Assembly (NCBI GenBank): GCA_030599585.1
Contig: JAUVNS010000015.1
Span: 1-64,000, forward strand
DNA: 64,000 bases
Source of the DNA: Promethearchaeota archaeon
GTDB taxonomy: Archaea > Asgardarchaeota > Lokiarchaeia > Sigyniarchaeales > SOKP01
Direction: 5' to 3'
Shown here: one piece after another, positions 50,939 through 61,508 of the stretch
Layout of the letters: every line of letters begins with the position of its first letter
How positions within the stretch are numbered: position 1 is the first letter of the stretch
The notes under the pieces: generated by a model
Told to the model about the DNA's origin: nothing
What the model saw: only the letters and a program-made list of their open reading frames with translations
Database searches by the model: none
Program-made: the position numbers and the translations under genes

Positions 50939-51496
50939 TTAAAATTGAGGTTTGTACATTTTTCGAAATTCTTCTCTCTTTTTCTCGTTATATTTGTTTT
51001 CTAAAAATTTCAGTACAGAGTGGTGAGGCATTCCGCTTAACAACATATTTACTGCTTTTCTTGATATTTGTAGATTGTCATAATCAGATATAATCGAAAC
51101 AGTTTTTCCATAAACAGAAACGTAACTCTCAGCAAATCTTTCTATCGCCCTTCTCATCTCTCCATTTCTACCAATAATTCTACCCTTTAATCTTTTTATT
51201 TTCTTCTCAGATTTGCCTAATAAATTGTAAAGATTAAAAACTTCCATGTCAAAAGTCTCATCTAATAATTTCATAGCCTTTACCGGATTAAATCCTCTAT
51301 TGATAGCGTTCAGAATTTTTTCAGCAATAAAAGTATTAAGGGGGCCGTATTTCGGGTGATCAATTAAAGGTCTTACTTCGCAATCTCCAGTTTTGCTGTC
51401 TAAATTAATTTGAATTCCCAATGCGTCTTCAATATCTTTTTTTGTTTCACCGTTTTTTCCGATTAATACAGCAATTCGATTTTGTCCTATTCTCAT
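50939..51496 (-). CDS. KH-domain ribosome biogenesis protein (Dim2/Pno1)
   Basis: 'RIAVLIGKNGETK', 'AINRGF', 'RLKGRIIGRNG', 'VYGKTV'. Confidence 0.92.
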   Translation of the reverse strand: MRIGQNRIAVLIGKNGETKKDIEDALGIQINLDSKTGDCEVRPLIDHPKYGPLNTFIAEKILNAINRGFNPVKAMKLLDETFDMEVFNLYNLLGKSEKKIKRLKGRIIGRNGEMRRAIERFAESYVSVYGKTVSIISDYDNLQISRKAVNMLLSGMPHHSVLKFLENKYNEKKREEFRKMYKPQF

Positions 51497-51546
51497 ATTT
51501 CTAATTTAAATCATATGTTTTTAACAACATATATTTTTTCATTTAT

Positions 51547-52410
51547 CTATTCTAAGTTTATTACTTCGTAGTAAAAATCTTCTCGATTTGGTACTTCTAC
51601 TCCTATTGTCTCAAAATAATTAAAAATATTTTTGATGTCCCTTACTAATAATATTTCTGCTTTTGGGTGATGTATTGTTACTGCTTGCGATATGTCAATT
51701 ATTACTGGTTTTTGATTGTGGTATAAAATATTAAATTCAGATAAATCTCCATGCACTAAAGCTGCTTTTTGATATAAATTTTTAATAAAATAGAGGACTT
51801 CGCTTAATAAATTAATAGGGTCCTTCGGAAATTTAATATCTTTGAGCTTGGGTGCTGGAATTGAACCAAAACCGATGTAATCCATTATTAAAATATTATT
51901 TTTTATAAAAAGAGGTTCAGGTACATTTAAACCCACTTTGTAAGCTCTTTTTAGATTTTTAAATTCTTTACTCGCCCATAAATATATTATTTTAGAAACA
52001 TTATGCGGTATTCTTTTAAACCTAGGATCTCCGATAATGTAATTTCTCATCCATTTTGAAGTATTTGTATCAATCTTATATATTTTTACTGCGTATTCCT
52101 TATTATTTTGACCGTAAGCAAGATACACATTTGCTTCTTTACCCGCGGAAATTATTCCTTCGATACGGCTTAAAATTCCAGATTTTAATATTTTGCTAAC
52201 TTGTAAATACATTCTTTCATCAAATACCGAATCTACAGTAGCCCTCTTCTTAGTTTGATCTATTTTTTTAACTCGTTTTGAATCAATCTGCTTTTTGACT
52301 AAATTATCTATATTTTTTTCGAAGTCGTCCCCCATAAGGTCGTTATTATCACTATTATCGAGTTCTTCTTCTTCTTCGTTCCACTCCTCTTCGGGTTGAT
52401 TTTTTCCCAA
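51547..52410 (-). CDS. rio1: RIO1 serine kinase
   Basis: 'ISAGKEANVY', 'AVKIY', 'YIIGDPRF', 'WASKEFKNL', 'VHGDLSEFNIL', 'IDISQ'. Confidence 0.93.
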   Translation of the reverse strand: MGKNQPEEEWNEEEEELDNSDNNDLMGDDFEKNIDNLVKKQIDSKRVKKIDQTKKRATVDSVFDERMYLQVSKILKSGILSRIEGIISAGKEANVYLAYGQNNKEYAVKIYKIDTNTSKWMRNYIIGDPRFKRIPHNVSKIIYLWASKEFKNLKRAYKVGLNVPEPLFIKNNILIMDYIGFGSIPAPKLKDIKFPKDPINLLSEVLYFIKNLYQKAALVHGDLSEFNILYHNQKPVIIDISQAVTIHHPKAEILLVRDIKNIFNYFETIGVEVPNREDFYYEVINLE

Positions 52411-53331
52411 TTAATCCACCCCCTTAATGGGATTTAAAGATATTTTATTCTTAAAAAAAAAAGAAAAGTTCTTAACATGTTTAGAACTGTTTTCATCTCT
52501 TAGTACGACTTTATTCTTAGTAATATTTTCAACTAAATATGTGACCTTATTGATTACAACAATGTCATTTTTCTTAACTGGTAAGAATTTTATAAGGGCT
52601 TTTAATCTATAAAGACCTCTTCCTTTTTGAGAATCTCTACCTACCAACTTTTTTGTCCGATTTAAAATAAAGGTAAAATTCGCTTTCATATGTGAAATAA
52701 TTCGGTTCATCAACTCGTTTGTGCTTAAGTAGAGATCCACACCAAGATTTTGATCTTCTATTTTTGAAATATACTGAGTTTGATTTTTAGCAAATAGATT
52801 TTCTACGAAAATCGAGATATGGCCTAAAGCTTCTTCAATAACTCCAAATTGAGACCTATCAGTCACCCTCAATTGGATAATCGAAATGTAATACATTCCT
52901 GCTCTTAAATTAGTGCAATTTTTACATAAATCATAATTAATGTTCAGTTTTAGGGTATGTTGATGTGATATCTTTTGATCATCCCTTAATTTCCCCAATA
53001 CAGTAACATCCATAGAAGTTAATAAATCTCGCGAAGAGTATACAAGTCTATCGAATGAGAACGAGAATATTATCATATCTTGTTTTACGTATTTTTTTAA
53101 TAAAAAACGAATTAACGCTGCTTCAATGATTTTGAACAAATCTTTACTTTCAGATGCTGTCCAAACCTCTTTTTTAGCATAATTTTGGCAATCAATACAT
53201 AACTTAAAGTTATAATTATTAGGCAACTCAAACAATGGATTTTCGGTTAAATAACAATTAAGGCACATACCAAAATGAGGTGCAAATTCATCAATTACTG
53301 TACCACATATCGCACAAAATCTGTGAGGCAT
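52411..53331 (-). CDS. nmd3: NMD3 family protein
   Basis: FCAICG...CLNC...CIDC...CKNC...'YYISIIQLR', 'GVDLY', 'KLVGRD'. Confidence 0.9.
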   Translation of the reverse strand: MPHRFCAICGTVIDEFAPHFGMCLNCYLTENPLFELPNNYNFKLCIDCQNYAKKEVWTASESKDLFKIIEAALIRFLLKKYVKQDMIIFSFSFDRLVYSSRDLLTSMDVTVLGKLRDDQKISHQHTLKLNINYDLCKNCTNLRAGMYYISIIQLRVTDRSQFGVIEEALGHISIFVENLFAKNQTQYISKIEDQNLGVDLYLSTNELMNRIISHMKANFTFILNRTKKLVGRDSQKGRGLYRLKALIKFLPVKKNDIVVINKVTYLVENITKNKVVLRDENSSKHVKNFSFFFKNKISLNPIKGVD

Positions 53332-53627
53332 TAAAACATCATTTTCATAGCCATTGGAATTTTATTAATTTTTCTAACTCCTTCTTTGGGAAGTATTTTC
53401 TGAGCTATAGCCATGTTTGTTATATTTTCTCCAACTATATTAAAGTATGACGCTCCTCTTAATATTTCAATTGCTTTGTCGATAGCTAGAAGATCCCCCC
53501 CAAAAAAGGCGGAACCAATCTCAAGTCTTAAATTGCCTTCAGTAAAAATTTTATTTAATAATTCTTCGTCGCAACAAGCAATTGTCTCCATGTCGCTGCG
53601 TCTATGGATTTTAAGATATACTTTCAT
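53331..53627 (-). CDS. DUF424 family protein
   Basis: 'IACCDEELL', 'FFGG', 'NIVG'; typical NMD3/aIF2-beta neighbourhood. Confidence 0.85.
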   Translation of the reverse strand: MKVYLKIHRRSDMETIACCDEELLNKIFTEGNLRLEIGSAFFGGDLLAIDKAIEILRGASYFNIVGENITNMAIAQKILPKEGVRKINKIPMAMKMMF

Positions 53628-53648
53628 TTCGCACTCATTAACATATGG

Positions 53649-54071
53649 TTATTTCTCTTTAATTTCTTCTCTCGCTCCGCAAGCTGTGCATTTAAGAAAA
53701 ATCTTTTTACCTTCTTTTTGAATGTCCGTATCTGGTTTATTGCAGATTTTACATCGTACGTAAGTTTTCGAGTAAACCTCAATGAGTCTATTTAATACTT
53801 GTTCCTTGTAAATACCCTTTAAAAACAATTGTTGCCCCCGTATTTCTCCCATGGTCCCTACTTTTTTGAGAAATATTCCTATAAAATGCTTCCGATCTCT
53901 ATTTAAAATATTGATAATCCTGTTAAAGTTTGTAATGTAAGTGTTTTTTGCTTCAAATCTTATCTGAACTTTAGGTATCTCAAATCTAGATAACTTCTTT
54001 ACATTCTCCGGAATGTTTTCATAAGCTTTATCAATTAATTCGTCATAATTATTTATATCCATTTCATTCAA
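53649..54071 (-). CDS. eif2b: Translation initiation factor aIF2 beta
   Basis: 'RFEIP', 'TYITNF', 'LNRD', 'YVRCKICNKPDT', 'CTACGA'. Confidence 0.93.
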   Translation of the reverse strand: MNEMDINNYDELIDKAYENIPENVKKLSRFEIPKVQIRFEAKNTYITNFNRIINILNRDRKHFIGIFLKKVGTMGEIRGQQLFLKGIYKEQVLNRLIEVYSKTYVRCKICNKPDTDIQKEGKKIFLKCTACGAREEIKEK

Positions 54072-54179
54072 CCTGTTCTTAATATTTCTACATTGTTCTA
54101 GAATTTACCTTACAAAATTAATTTTACGATTTTGAGAATGAAATTAGCAATAAAGAGTAAATCTTGTGAATGATGCTGT

Positions 54180-54932
54180 TTAGTAACTTTGGTAGATATT
54201 TTCTTCAGTTGGATAAATCCTTGATTCCATAACTAAGTCGTTAATATAAGTTCTTAGTTTGTTTTCAGAAACTTTCGTTCTTCGCTGTAATTCTTCAAGA
54301 CTTATTCCGTTCCCGTCTTGTGAATACTCATAAATTATGGTAAAAATATCTTCTTTAACTTTATCTACTTTAGGCGATTTCGTTTCACTAAACAGTTTTT
54401 CTACATCAATATCGCTCGGTATGTCGTCAAAAAACGTATCTTCTTCTAACTCAGAGCCAGTATCTTCAGGGATCTCATGGAGATCTCCAGATTTGATTTT
54501 TTTAATTACATCAGCTTCTCTTAACAAAACATAGTTAGGGTCATTTATTTTCTTGATAAAGGCGATATTGTTAATTTGGACTTTCTCACCAAAAAAACCA
54601 ATTCTTCCTAATACATCAACTAATACTCCTTTAGTTCTATCTCTATAATTTTCTACATCTACATCCCACTTTACAGCAGAAATGATACCTGTGCCGTCAT
54701 CAAGTTCAAATCTTAAATTGGTGCTAACTTCTTCCGTTGGAGAATTAATATCGGAACTTCTCTTACTCATAAATTCTTCTCGATTAGTGATTGTAGCAAC
54801 AATTCTAACTCTTTTAAGAGTTCCAAAAATGGTATATAGCGAATTCTTCGGAGTTATATACCTACCTTCTAACAGATGCTTTATCAAACAACGAATTGGA
54901 GGTGTGTATTCGTAAGATCTTGCGGCATTCAT
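54180..54932 (-). CDS. RPA32/RPA2-like OB-fold + winged-helix protein
   Basis: 'RVRIVATI', 'LDDGTG', 'DPNY', acidic linker, C-terminal wHTH 'INDLVMESRIYP'. Confidence 0.8.
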   Translation of the reverse strand: MNAARSYEYTPPIRCLIKHLLEGRYITPKNSLYTIFGTLKRVRIVATITNREEFMSKRSSDINSPTEEVSTNLRFELDDGTGIISAVKWDVDVENYRDRTKGVLVDVLGRIGFFGEKVQINNIAFIKKINDPNYVLLREADVIKKIKSGDLHEIPEDTGSELEEDTFFDDIPSDIDVEKLFSETKSPKVDKVKEDIFTIIYEYSQDGNGISLEELQRRTKVSENKLRTYINDLVMESRIYPTEENIYQSY

Positions 54933-55181
54933 AATTAAAACATTTTTTCTTTTCTTTTATATTATTTTTAAACTATATCGCATAAAGAAATGATTATTAA
55001 ATGCTAAATATAACCTAATTAATCTAAATTTTATTCTTTTATAAAATGATATTTTTGAAAATGAATAATTCCTTATTGATTTATTATTATTGAAGTTAAA
55101 GAGGTATTAAGTTTTCAAAATACTATAGAAAATTTCAAGAGAACTGTAAAAAAGAGACTGAGACTACCAACAATAAAAGAA

Positions 55182-55309
55182 TGGTAGCGGGGGTTCGATT
55201 TGAACGAACGATCTCAGGGTTTCTCATCCAAAAGCGTGAAAAATTTATTTTTTCCACACATTATTAAGATATGAGCCCTGCGGCATAAACCAGGCTAGCC
55301 CACCCCGCT
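55182..55309 (-). tRNA. Initiator tRNA-Met(CAT) with 49-nt intron at 37/38 (55221..55269) and encoded CCA
   Basis: A1-U72 acceptor AGCGGGG/CCCCGCT, GGG/CCC in the anticodon stem, CTCA TA^...TGAG AA^A. Confidence 0.92.
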
Positions 55310-55466
55310 TAGGTTTTTTTTATGAGCATCACTCTTAAAATATAGATCATATAATTATTTTTTCTATTAATTTCTTTTCATTTTTGAAGTAGATATTAGT
55401 GGTGTTTTTTTAGTACAATCTATATTATCATGTAATTATTTAAAATAAACTCACAAATTTATTGAA

Positions 55467-56162
55467 ATGGCTGATTCTCATTCAAAAAGCTTTTTTGGGC
55501 AGAATACAGGGATAATTGTTAGCAGTTCTTCAAGTTCAGATCCATTTATGTTTATCCATTGTTTTAAAAAAAAACCAAATGGAGTTTGGGAAAAACCATC
55601 ATATAGTGAGGGCAAAGCGGTTAAGTTTTCATTAGAAGAGATCGTAATGATATTAAGAGTTTTGAACCATAAAACTCAAAAATGGCAATGTCAACACGTC
55701 TTTAAAGATAAAGAAACCTCCGTATTTTTTAATTGGGAAGATATTAATCATGAAGTTCTTTGGATCAATGTAGGTAATTACTCAAAAAGGCTCCATTTAG
55801 CTCAAACTGAAATTTTGCGTCTTCTTTTAACCCATTTCCTTAATGAAAAAATAGTATATTCTACCTTACAAAAGAAACGCAATCAAAAAAATCAGTTCCA
55901 ATCAAACAACCATAACATCCAGTTAGATGATAAAATCCTTTCGCATAAACCTAAAAATACGAAAAAACCCCCAAATGACACCAGTGATCTTTATGGATCT
56001 ATCGTAGGAGAAACGGAAAAAGCAGTTTTAATTGACTTTAAAAACAAAGAAGAGTGGATACCAAAATCTGCCATAAGTAACCAATATCTTCCAAAGAAAA
56101 ATGTTAAACAAAAATTTCTGATTAATAATTGGATTTTAAAGAAATTAGAATTAATTATATAG
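55467..56162 (+). CDS. Hypothetical protein
   Basis: 231 aa; C-terminal 'ETEKAVLI...EEWIPKS' beta domain. Confidence 0.65.
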   Translation: MADSHSKSFFGQNTGIIVSSSSSSDPFMFIHCFKKKPNGVWEKPSYSEGKAVKFSLEEIVMILRVLNHKTQKWQCQHVFKDKETSVFFNWEDINHEVLWINVGNYSKRLHLAQTEILRLLLTHFLNEKIVYSTLQKKRNQKNQFQSNNHNIQLDDKILSHKPKNTKKPPNDTSDLYGSIVGETEKAVLIDFKNKEEWIPKSAISNQYLPKKNVKQKFLINNWILKKLELII

Positions 56163-56255
56163 CTAGCAAATACATTTTTAAAATAAAAAGAATAACCTTA
56201 ATTTTTACTCTAAATTAACCTTTCTATCACAATAATTAGCATTTACTAGCGTTTT

Positions 56256-58049
56256 ATGACCTTACTCGATCTTATTGTAGATTTCTTATTAAACCCTTGG
56301 TTTATCATCTCTTTAGTTTTTTGGGTTATTGTGTTTATTTTTGTCTTTTTACTCAGAAACAAAAAAGAGGCTTACACTTTATTTTTCCCTTTACTCGCTA
56401 TGTTTAAGACCAAAAAACTCAATAACCTCATTCAAAGAATATCGAAAAAAGGCCCTCGATTTTGGAGAATATTTTGGAATATTGGCATATTTGTATCTTT
56501 TGGATTTACAATTTATGGTTTTTACTTTTTCTATAGTAACATTTTAAACCTTTTGTTCCAACCTAGCATAGAAAACGCTTTTGTTCTCCTTATCCCCGGG
56601 GTTACAATCGACCTACCAGTCTTCATGTACCTGTTATTGCCGCTATTATTTATAGTGACGACACACGAATTTGCTCATGGTATTTCTGCTAGTATTGATG
56701 GGGTAGAAATTAAATCAACAGGTGTACTCGGAGCTGGTTTGTTTTTTTTAGTTGGGTTTGGCGCTTTTGTAGAAGTTGATGAGAGAACATTAAGATCGTC
56801 GAAATTTAAAAGAAACACTCGGTTAAGAATAGCTGCTGCAGGAACATATGTGAATGCTATAACTGCAGGTGTAGCGTTCCTATTAATATTAAGTTTTCCA
56901 GCTATAGTTTCTCCTTTCTATGTACAAACAGTTCAAATTAATAACGTGTTAACGCCTCAAGAGGGAGGTTTTAATTACGGAAACCTTGAGAGTGGAGATG
57001 CTATAGTTGCAATCAAACGTCAAAACGATCCTGATAGCCAATTTTTAAACCTTGATTTATCTCAGGACATTAGTCTTACTTCAATACTGAGTAATTCTAC
57101 TAGCGTTAAATTCGCAATAGGAGATAATCTAACTTTTAGTACTTACAATCCATCTAGCGATTCCTACTCTAAGAAAAATGTTACTGTGGGTCCTCGATAT
57201 GATATAGGAATCCGTTATGCGTATATTCCAAATGGTACAGGATTAATTATTACTTATAATTATTCGAGTAGTACTGCAACAAACATACTCATATCCAAAG
57301 TGAATGGTACGGCTATAAATGTCTCAAATGACGATACTTTAGCATTGTTGCTAACTGACTTTAATCTAAAAGCTATAAACCTGACAACTGTCTCAGGAAA
57401 AGATTATATTTTAGATGTAGAAATTGTTGGCGTTTATATTGGTGTTCAAAGTAATTCTTATTGGATGCATAAAAATGACTTTGCAAAATTTTTTACGAGT
57501 AATTGGCCAGATTTCCTAATCAGAGAGCTTATATGGCTTTTTATAATATCTTTTAGCATAACCCTGTTTAATATGATGCCCCTACCCATTTTTGACGGGG
57601 ATAGATTCCTAAAAGAATTAATTGATTGGATATTTGGCGAAGACTATAAATCTAAAAAGAAAAAGATTGATAGATTAATCTATAAAGGAACTGATACGGA
57701 GTGCAAATTAACAGAATACCGAGTTGAAAATATAGAATACGTTAAAATTCTTCTGAAGGAGGATAATAAGGGTATACAAAATGGTGAAGTCCTCTTGGGA
57801 AAAGATAATTATGAATTAGTAGACTCAATAGGAGACGGATATAAAGATACTGTATCCGTGAAACTTCCTGAAACTACGAAACTAAAAAAAAATTCAGTCT
57901 TTGAAGTTTCTTTCGAATACTTGTACGATGATAAACGAAAAATTAAAAAGATTGTTTTAAATACGGTAAGATTTGTAGCGCTAGGGCTTATTCTTGGGAA
58001 CTTCGTGCTATCATTTTCGCTATTTGGATTTAATCTTCTTGGTTTTTAA
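56256..58049 (+). CDS. Site-2 protease (M50) membrane metalloprotease
   Basis: HEFAH, 'GAFVEVDE', 'AAAGTYVN', 'FNMMPLPIFDG'; PDZ-like insert. Confidence 0.92.
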   Translation: MTLLDLIVDFLLNPWFIISLVFWVIVFIFVFLLRNKKEAYTLFFPLLAMFKTKKLNNLIQRISKKGPRFWRIFWNIGIFVSFGFTIYGFYFFYSNILNLLFQPSIENAFVLLIPGVTIDLPVFMYLLLPLLFIVTTHEFAHGISASIDGVEIKSTGVLGAGLFFLVGFGAFVEVDERTLRSSKFKRNTRLRIAAAGTYVNAITAGVAFLLILSFPAIVSPFYVQTVQINNVLTPQEGGFNYGNLESGDAIVAIKRQNDPDSQFLNLDLSQDISLTSILSNSTSVKFAIGDNLTFSTYNPSSDSYSKKNVTVGPRYDIGIRYAYIPNGTGLIITYNYSSSTATNILISKVNGTAINVSNDDTLALLLTDFNLKAINLTTVSGKDYILDVEIVGVYIGVQSNSYWMHKNDFAKFFTSNWPDFLIRELIWLFIISFSITLFNMMPLPIFDGDRFLKELIDWIFGEDYKSKKKKIDRLIYKGTDTECKLTEYRVENIEYVKILLKEDNKGIQNGEVLLGKDNYELVDSIGDGYKDTVSVKLPETTKLKKNSVFEVSFEYLYDDKRKIKKIVLNTVRFVALGLILGNFVLSFSLFGFNLLGF

Positions 58050-59064
58050 TTATATTGCTGATGTGATTTTCATAAACAATATTGATAGCTCCTATAATAT
58101 TTTTCTAAAAACTGGTACATGCGACTATTGCAGTAAAAATTCGCTGGTAGTTCACAGAAAATATTCTGGCGAATTAATATGCACTAATTGTTTTACGAAA
58201 AGAATTGAGAAAAATATTTACCAGACAATATCTAAATATAAAATGTTAAAACCAAAAGATAAAATCGTAGTGGGTATCTCTGGTGGAAAAGACTCTCTTT
58301 CTTTACTATATAACCTTAAGCAAATTCAAGCAAATAGTTATCATTCGAATCCATTAATAGCAGTAACTATCGATGAAGGGATTAGAGATTATAGAAGTAA
58401 TAGTACAAAGAACGCAATTGAATTCTGTAAACAGCATAAAATAAAACATGAAATAGTTTCGTTTAAAGAGAAAACCGGTAAAACATTAGATGAGATAGTA
58501 GAATTGAAAAAGAGAGCTACTAAAAATACATATGCTTGCAATTTTTGTGCTACTCTTAGAAGAAGAATCTTAAACGAAACCGCAAAAAACTTAGGCGCTG
58601 ATGTCCTCGCAATGGGTCATAATTTAACAGATATAGCAGAAACTTATTTAATGAATATTCTTTTTAAAAGATTCAAGCTTATTGCTAATCAGTATCTTTT
58701 CAAAGAAGAAAGTAAAGAAATTAAGAAGTATTTCGTTAGACGAATCACTCCGCTAATGAAAATTCCAGAAGAAGAAATATATCTCTACGCAAACCTAAAA
58801 AAAATCAATTATTACCCTTCTCATTGCCCCTACAGAGAAGAAGATCCAATTTTAAGGAAACGTGTTCTAGATTTCATTCAAGAATGCAAAAAATTTAGCC
58901 CTGAAATAGAATTCAATTTACTGAACGGATTTTTGGAGAGTTCTGAAATTTTTTCTAAACATTACATACATAAATCATATAATACTTGTAAAAAATGTGG
59001 GTATCCGTGCGGTAAAACAAATATCTGTTTATACTGCAAATATCTAAGTGAGTTTAGAAACTAG
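57994..59064 (+). CDS. tRNA 2-thiolation protein (TtuA/Ncs6 family); true start uncertain, probably at or after 58063
   Basis: CDYC..CTNC, 'SGGKDS', 'IDEGI', 'CNFCATLRR', 'GHNLTD', C-terminal CKKC..CLYC. Confidence 0.88.
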   Translation: MGTSCYHFRYLDLIFLVFNYIADVIFINNIDSSYNIFLKTGTCDYCSKNSLVVHRKYSGELICTNCFTKRIEKNIYQTISKYKMLKPKDKIVVGISGGKDSLSLLYNLKQIQANSYHSNPLIAVTIDEGIRDYRSNSTKNAIEFCKQHKIKHEIVSFKEKTGKTLDEIVELKKRATKNTYACNFCATLRRRILNETAKNLGADVLAMGHNLTDIAETYLMNILFKRFKLIANQYLFKEESKEIKKYFVRRITPLMKIPEEEIYLYANLKKINYYPSHCPYREEDPILRKRVLDFIQECKKFSPEIEFNLLNGFLESSEIFSKHYIHKSYNTCKKCGYPCGKTNICLYCKYLSEFRN

Positions 59065-59066
59065 TT

Positions 59067-60062
59067 TCATTTGACGAGTTGCTCTCCGAATATTTTCAAA
59101 TCATCATATTCTCTGATTTCCCCTCTAAAAAGCGGAATTTCGATAAGTTTTTTGCCAAGTTCATCTCTAAAAACTTTCTGAATTTTAAACAAATTACTAG
59201 CTTGCATCTTTCTTCTCGATCGGCAAAAATCACATAAATCTTCTTCATCTTGATATAATTGGTTTACCACAATATTTGAAACAGGGATGTTATATTTTAG
59301 TAGTTCACTTAAAAGGCGTCCCGTCTCTGAAATAGCCATTTCTTCCGGTATCATTACTACAACAAACGAGTTTATCGTGGGGTTAGTAAGATCATCTCGT
59401 GCTCTAACGATTGAATCTTTTAATCTCTCTAAAACTTCCAATGAATTATCTTTTTTTTTTTCTCCGCTTGTAAAAAGACTCTTCATCATTCCCATAAGAT
59501 TTCCTAATTTTAATCTCATCTTCAATAATTTACCTATCCAGCCTGATAACGTTTCTGGAAGGCTTAAAAATCTCAATGTATGACCCGTTGGGGCCGTGTC
59601 AAATATCACTAAATCGTAATCGTGATCAGTTTCTATAAATTCTAAAACCTTTAATAATGCGAAAGCTTCGTCTATCCCAGGAGGACTCATTGAGGTGATA
59701 TCTTGTAAATCTTCCATCATTGGTAATCCGCCCATTATATCTGGCATTTCCATTCCTTCTCCCGGGCTCATACCAGTTAAACTTTTATATTCTGACATAT
59801 CCGCTTTAGGGTCTATTTCTAAAGCAGTTAAGTGTTTTACACCAGGTATTTTTGTTGGTTCTCCGGGGGGAAGTGCTATCCCAAAACTGTCTCCTAAAGA
59901 ATGAGCGGGATCAGTACTGATAATTAAAGTGTTTCTTCCGTGTTCTGCTGCCCAGATCGCAGAACTTGAAGCGCAGGTTGTTTTTCCGACGCCTCCTTTC
60001 CCACCAAACATTATTATCTTTAAACTTAATAACATTTCAGATAAGTTCATATTATTCCACAC
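59067..60062 (-). CDS. ArsA/GET3 family ATPase
   Basis: 'GGKGGVGKTT', 'STDPAHSL', 'PGIDE', 'FDTAPTGHTLRFL', CxxC. Confidence 0.92.
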   Translation of the reverse strand: MWNNMNLSEMLLSLKIIMFGGKGGVGKTTCASSSAIWAAEHGRNTLIISTDPAHSLGDSFGIALPPGEPTKIPGVKHLTALEIDPKADMSEYKSLTGMSPGEGMEMPDIMGGLPMMEDLQDITSMSPPGIDEAFALLKVLEFIETDHDYDLVIFDTAPTGHTLRFLSLPETLSGWIGKLLKMRLKLGNLMGMMKSLFTSGEKKKDNSLEVLERLKDSIVRARDDLTNPTINSFVVVMIPEEMAISETGRLLSELLKYNIPVSNIVVNQLYQDEEDLCDFCRSRRKMQASNLFKIQKVFRDELGKKLIEIPLFRGEIREYDDLKIFGEQLVK

Positions 60063-60140
60063 TAATCCTTCTAATTAATTTCTGTAATACTCTTACATTT
60101 TATTAATGAAGCTCATAAAATAAAAACTATAAAACTTACT

Positions 60141-61427
60141 CTAATAAGTTAATTTGAATCGAAGAATTGCGACTATTCCCCCGAAAGTGCTATATAACAT
60201 TTCTCCTTCTTCAGTATCCGGAGAAATTATAATTACATCAGTTCCCATGGTTTCTGCTATGGAACCAAGCTCTTCAATTATTAGGACAGCATTGCTTACA
60301 TTAAAGGTGTTAGAACCGCAATCAGGACAATTTTCATCTTGAATAGACAATTTTAATTTATTCACTTCCCGCTCCCGTGCTGTTCGAGATTCTTCGTATT
60401 TACAATTGGAACAAGTGATATTTACTTGATAAGTATCTAATTTTTCAGAAAGAATTAATTTGGCTACAGCACCCATATTTAAAGCTTTTTGCACTTCCTC
60501 AAGACCGTATGCAACTAAACCAGTCTCTTTTGAAACCGCATTTAAAAATGATTGCATTACTTGTTTTTCTTTAATATACTTTACGTTAGCTATTTGATCT
60601 TTAATTTTATGAATCAACGCACGGATTCCCTCAATTCCACCATAACCAAGATCAACAACATCCAAAATTTTCTCTCGTAATCGATAATCTAAACTTTCAT
60701 CGTTTACAAATTTTTCTTTAGAAGGTCCTGGTCCTCCTATGAAAATTCCTTGTAATTCTTCCATGCCTAAAAATAATTTGTTGACTTCATCAGAGATTCT
60801 TCTGTAAAATCTCGTTTCTGCTTCTTCCATTTGCCGTTCGAATCTTTTCTGAGACTGCCCTCCAGCTTTATGCTTACCATGGACCCCGGAAGTAAAATCT
60901 CTCACTATTTCTACGTGGTTTCCTCTTAAATATCCTACAGCAGACTCCTTTCTACCTATACTAAGTAATCCATAAGTTTCCTTTGTTTCGAGCATATCCT
61001 CTAACGGCCATAATAGAAACTCGCTTGCACAATGATATCTAAAGGTTAAAACTTTTTCAGGGGGATGGACAATATACATCTCATTCTTCTCTGTTCCAGG
61101 AGTATTGTTTTGCGGGATCGCACCAGAAAACATAACTAACCCATTTTCAGGAACTATTGTAATGTTTTTCAACTGACCTAAAAGACTTGATATGCTTTCT
61201 AAAACGTTTTTCCGAGTTAATTTTGACTTAATATTCTGACTTTCACTTACTTCATTCTTAAGGTGATTTGTAACATCAGAGATCTTACGATCGTGAGGAA
61301 TATACAGCGAAACTAACTCCGTGTGAAAACCCTTCTTCTCCTTTAGCTGTTTAAGTAACCTCTTTGTTTGATATATTTGTAAATCATTACTTTTACGCTC
61401 TTCAGTTAAAGCCATAAGAATCAACAA
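60141..61427 (-). CDS. prf1: Peptide chain release factor aRF1
   Basis: 'TELVSLYIP', NIKS, 'YHCASEF', GGQS, 'FGGIVAILRF'. Confidence 0.96.
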   Translation of the reverse strand: MLILMALTEERKSNDLQIYQTKRLLKQLKEKKGFHTELVSLYIPHDRKISDVTNHLKNEVSESQNIKSKLTRKNVLESISSLLGQLKNITIVPENGLVMFSGAIPQNNTPGTEKNEMYIVHPPEKVLTFRYHCASEFLLWPLEDMLETKETYGLLSIGRKESAVGYLRGNHVEIVRDFTSGVHGKHKAGGQSQKRFERQMEEAETRFYRRISDEVNKLFLGMEELQGIFIGGPGPSKEKFVNDESLDYRLREKILDVVDLGYGGIEGIRALIHKIKDQIANVKYIKEKQVMQSFLNAVSKETGLVAYGLEEVQKALNMGAVAKLILSEKLDTYQVNITCSNCKYEESRTAREREVNKLKLSIQDENCPDCGSNTFNVSNAVLIIEELGSIAETMGTDVIIISPDTEEGEMLYSTFGGIVAILRFKLTY

Positions 61428-61508
61428 AAATTAAAAAGATCCAAAAGATTAATAGTTTTTCTTTATTTCAAACTATAAAAACAACGATATATGTGAAACC
61501 TTTAAATT

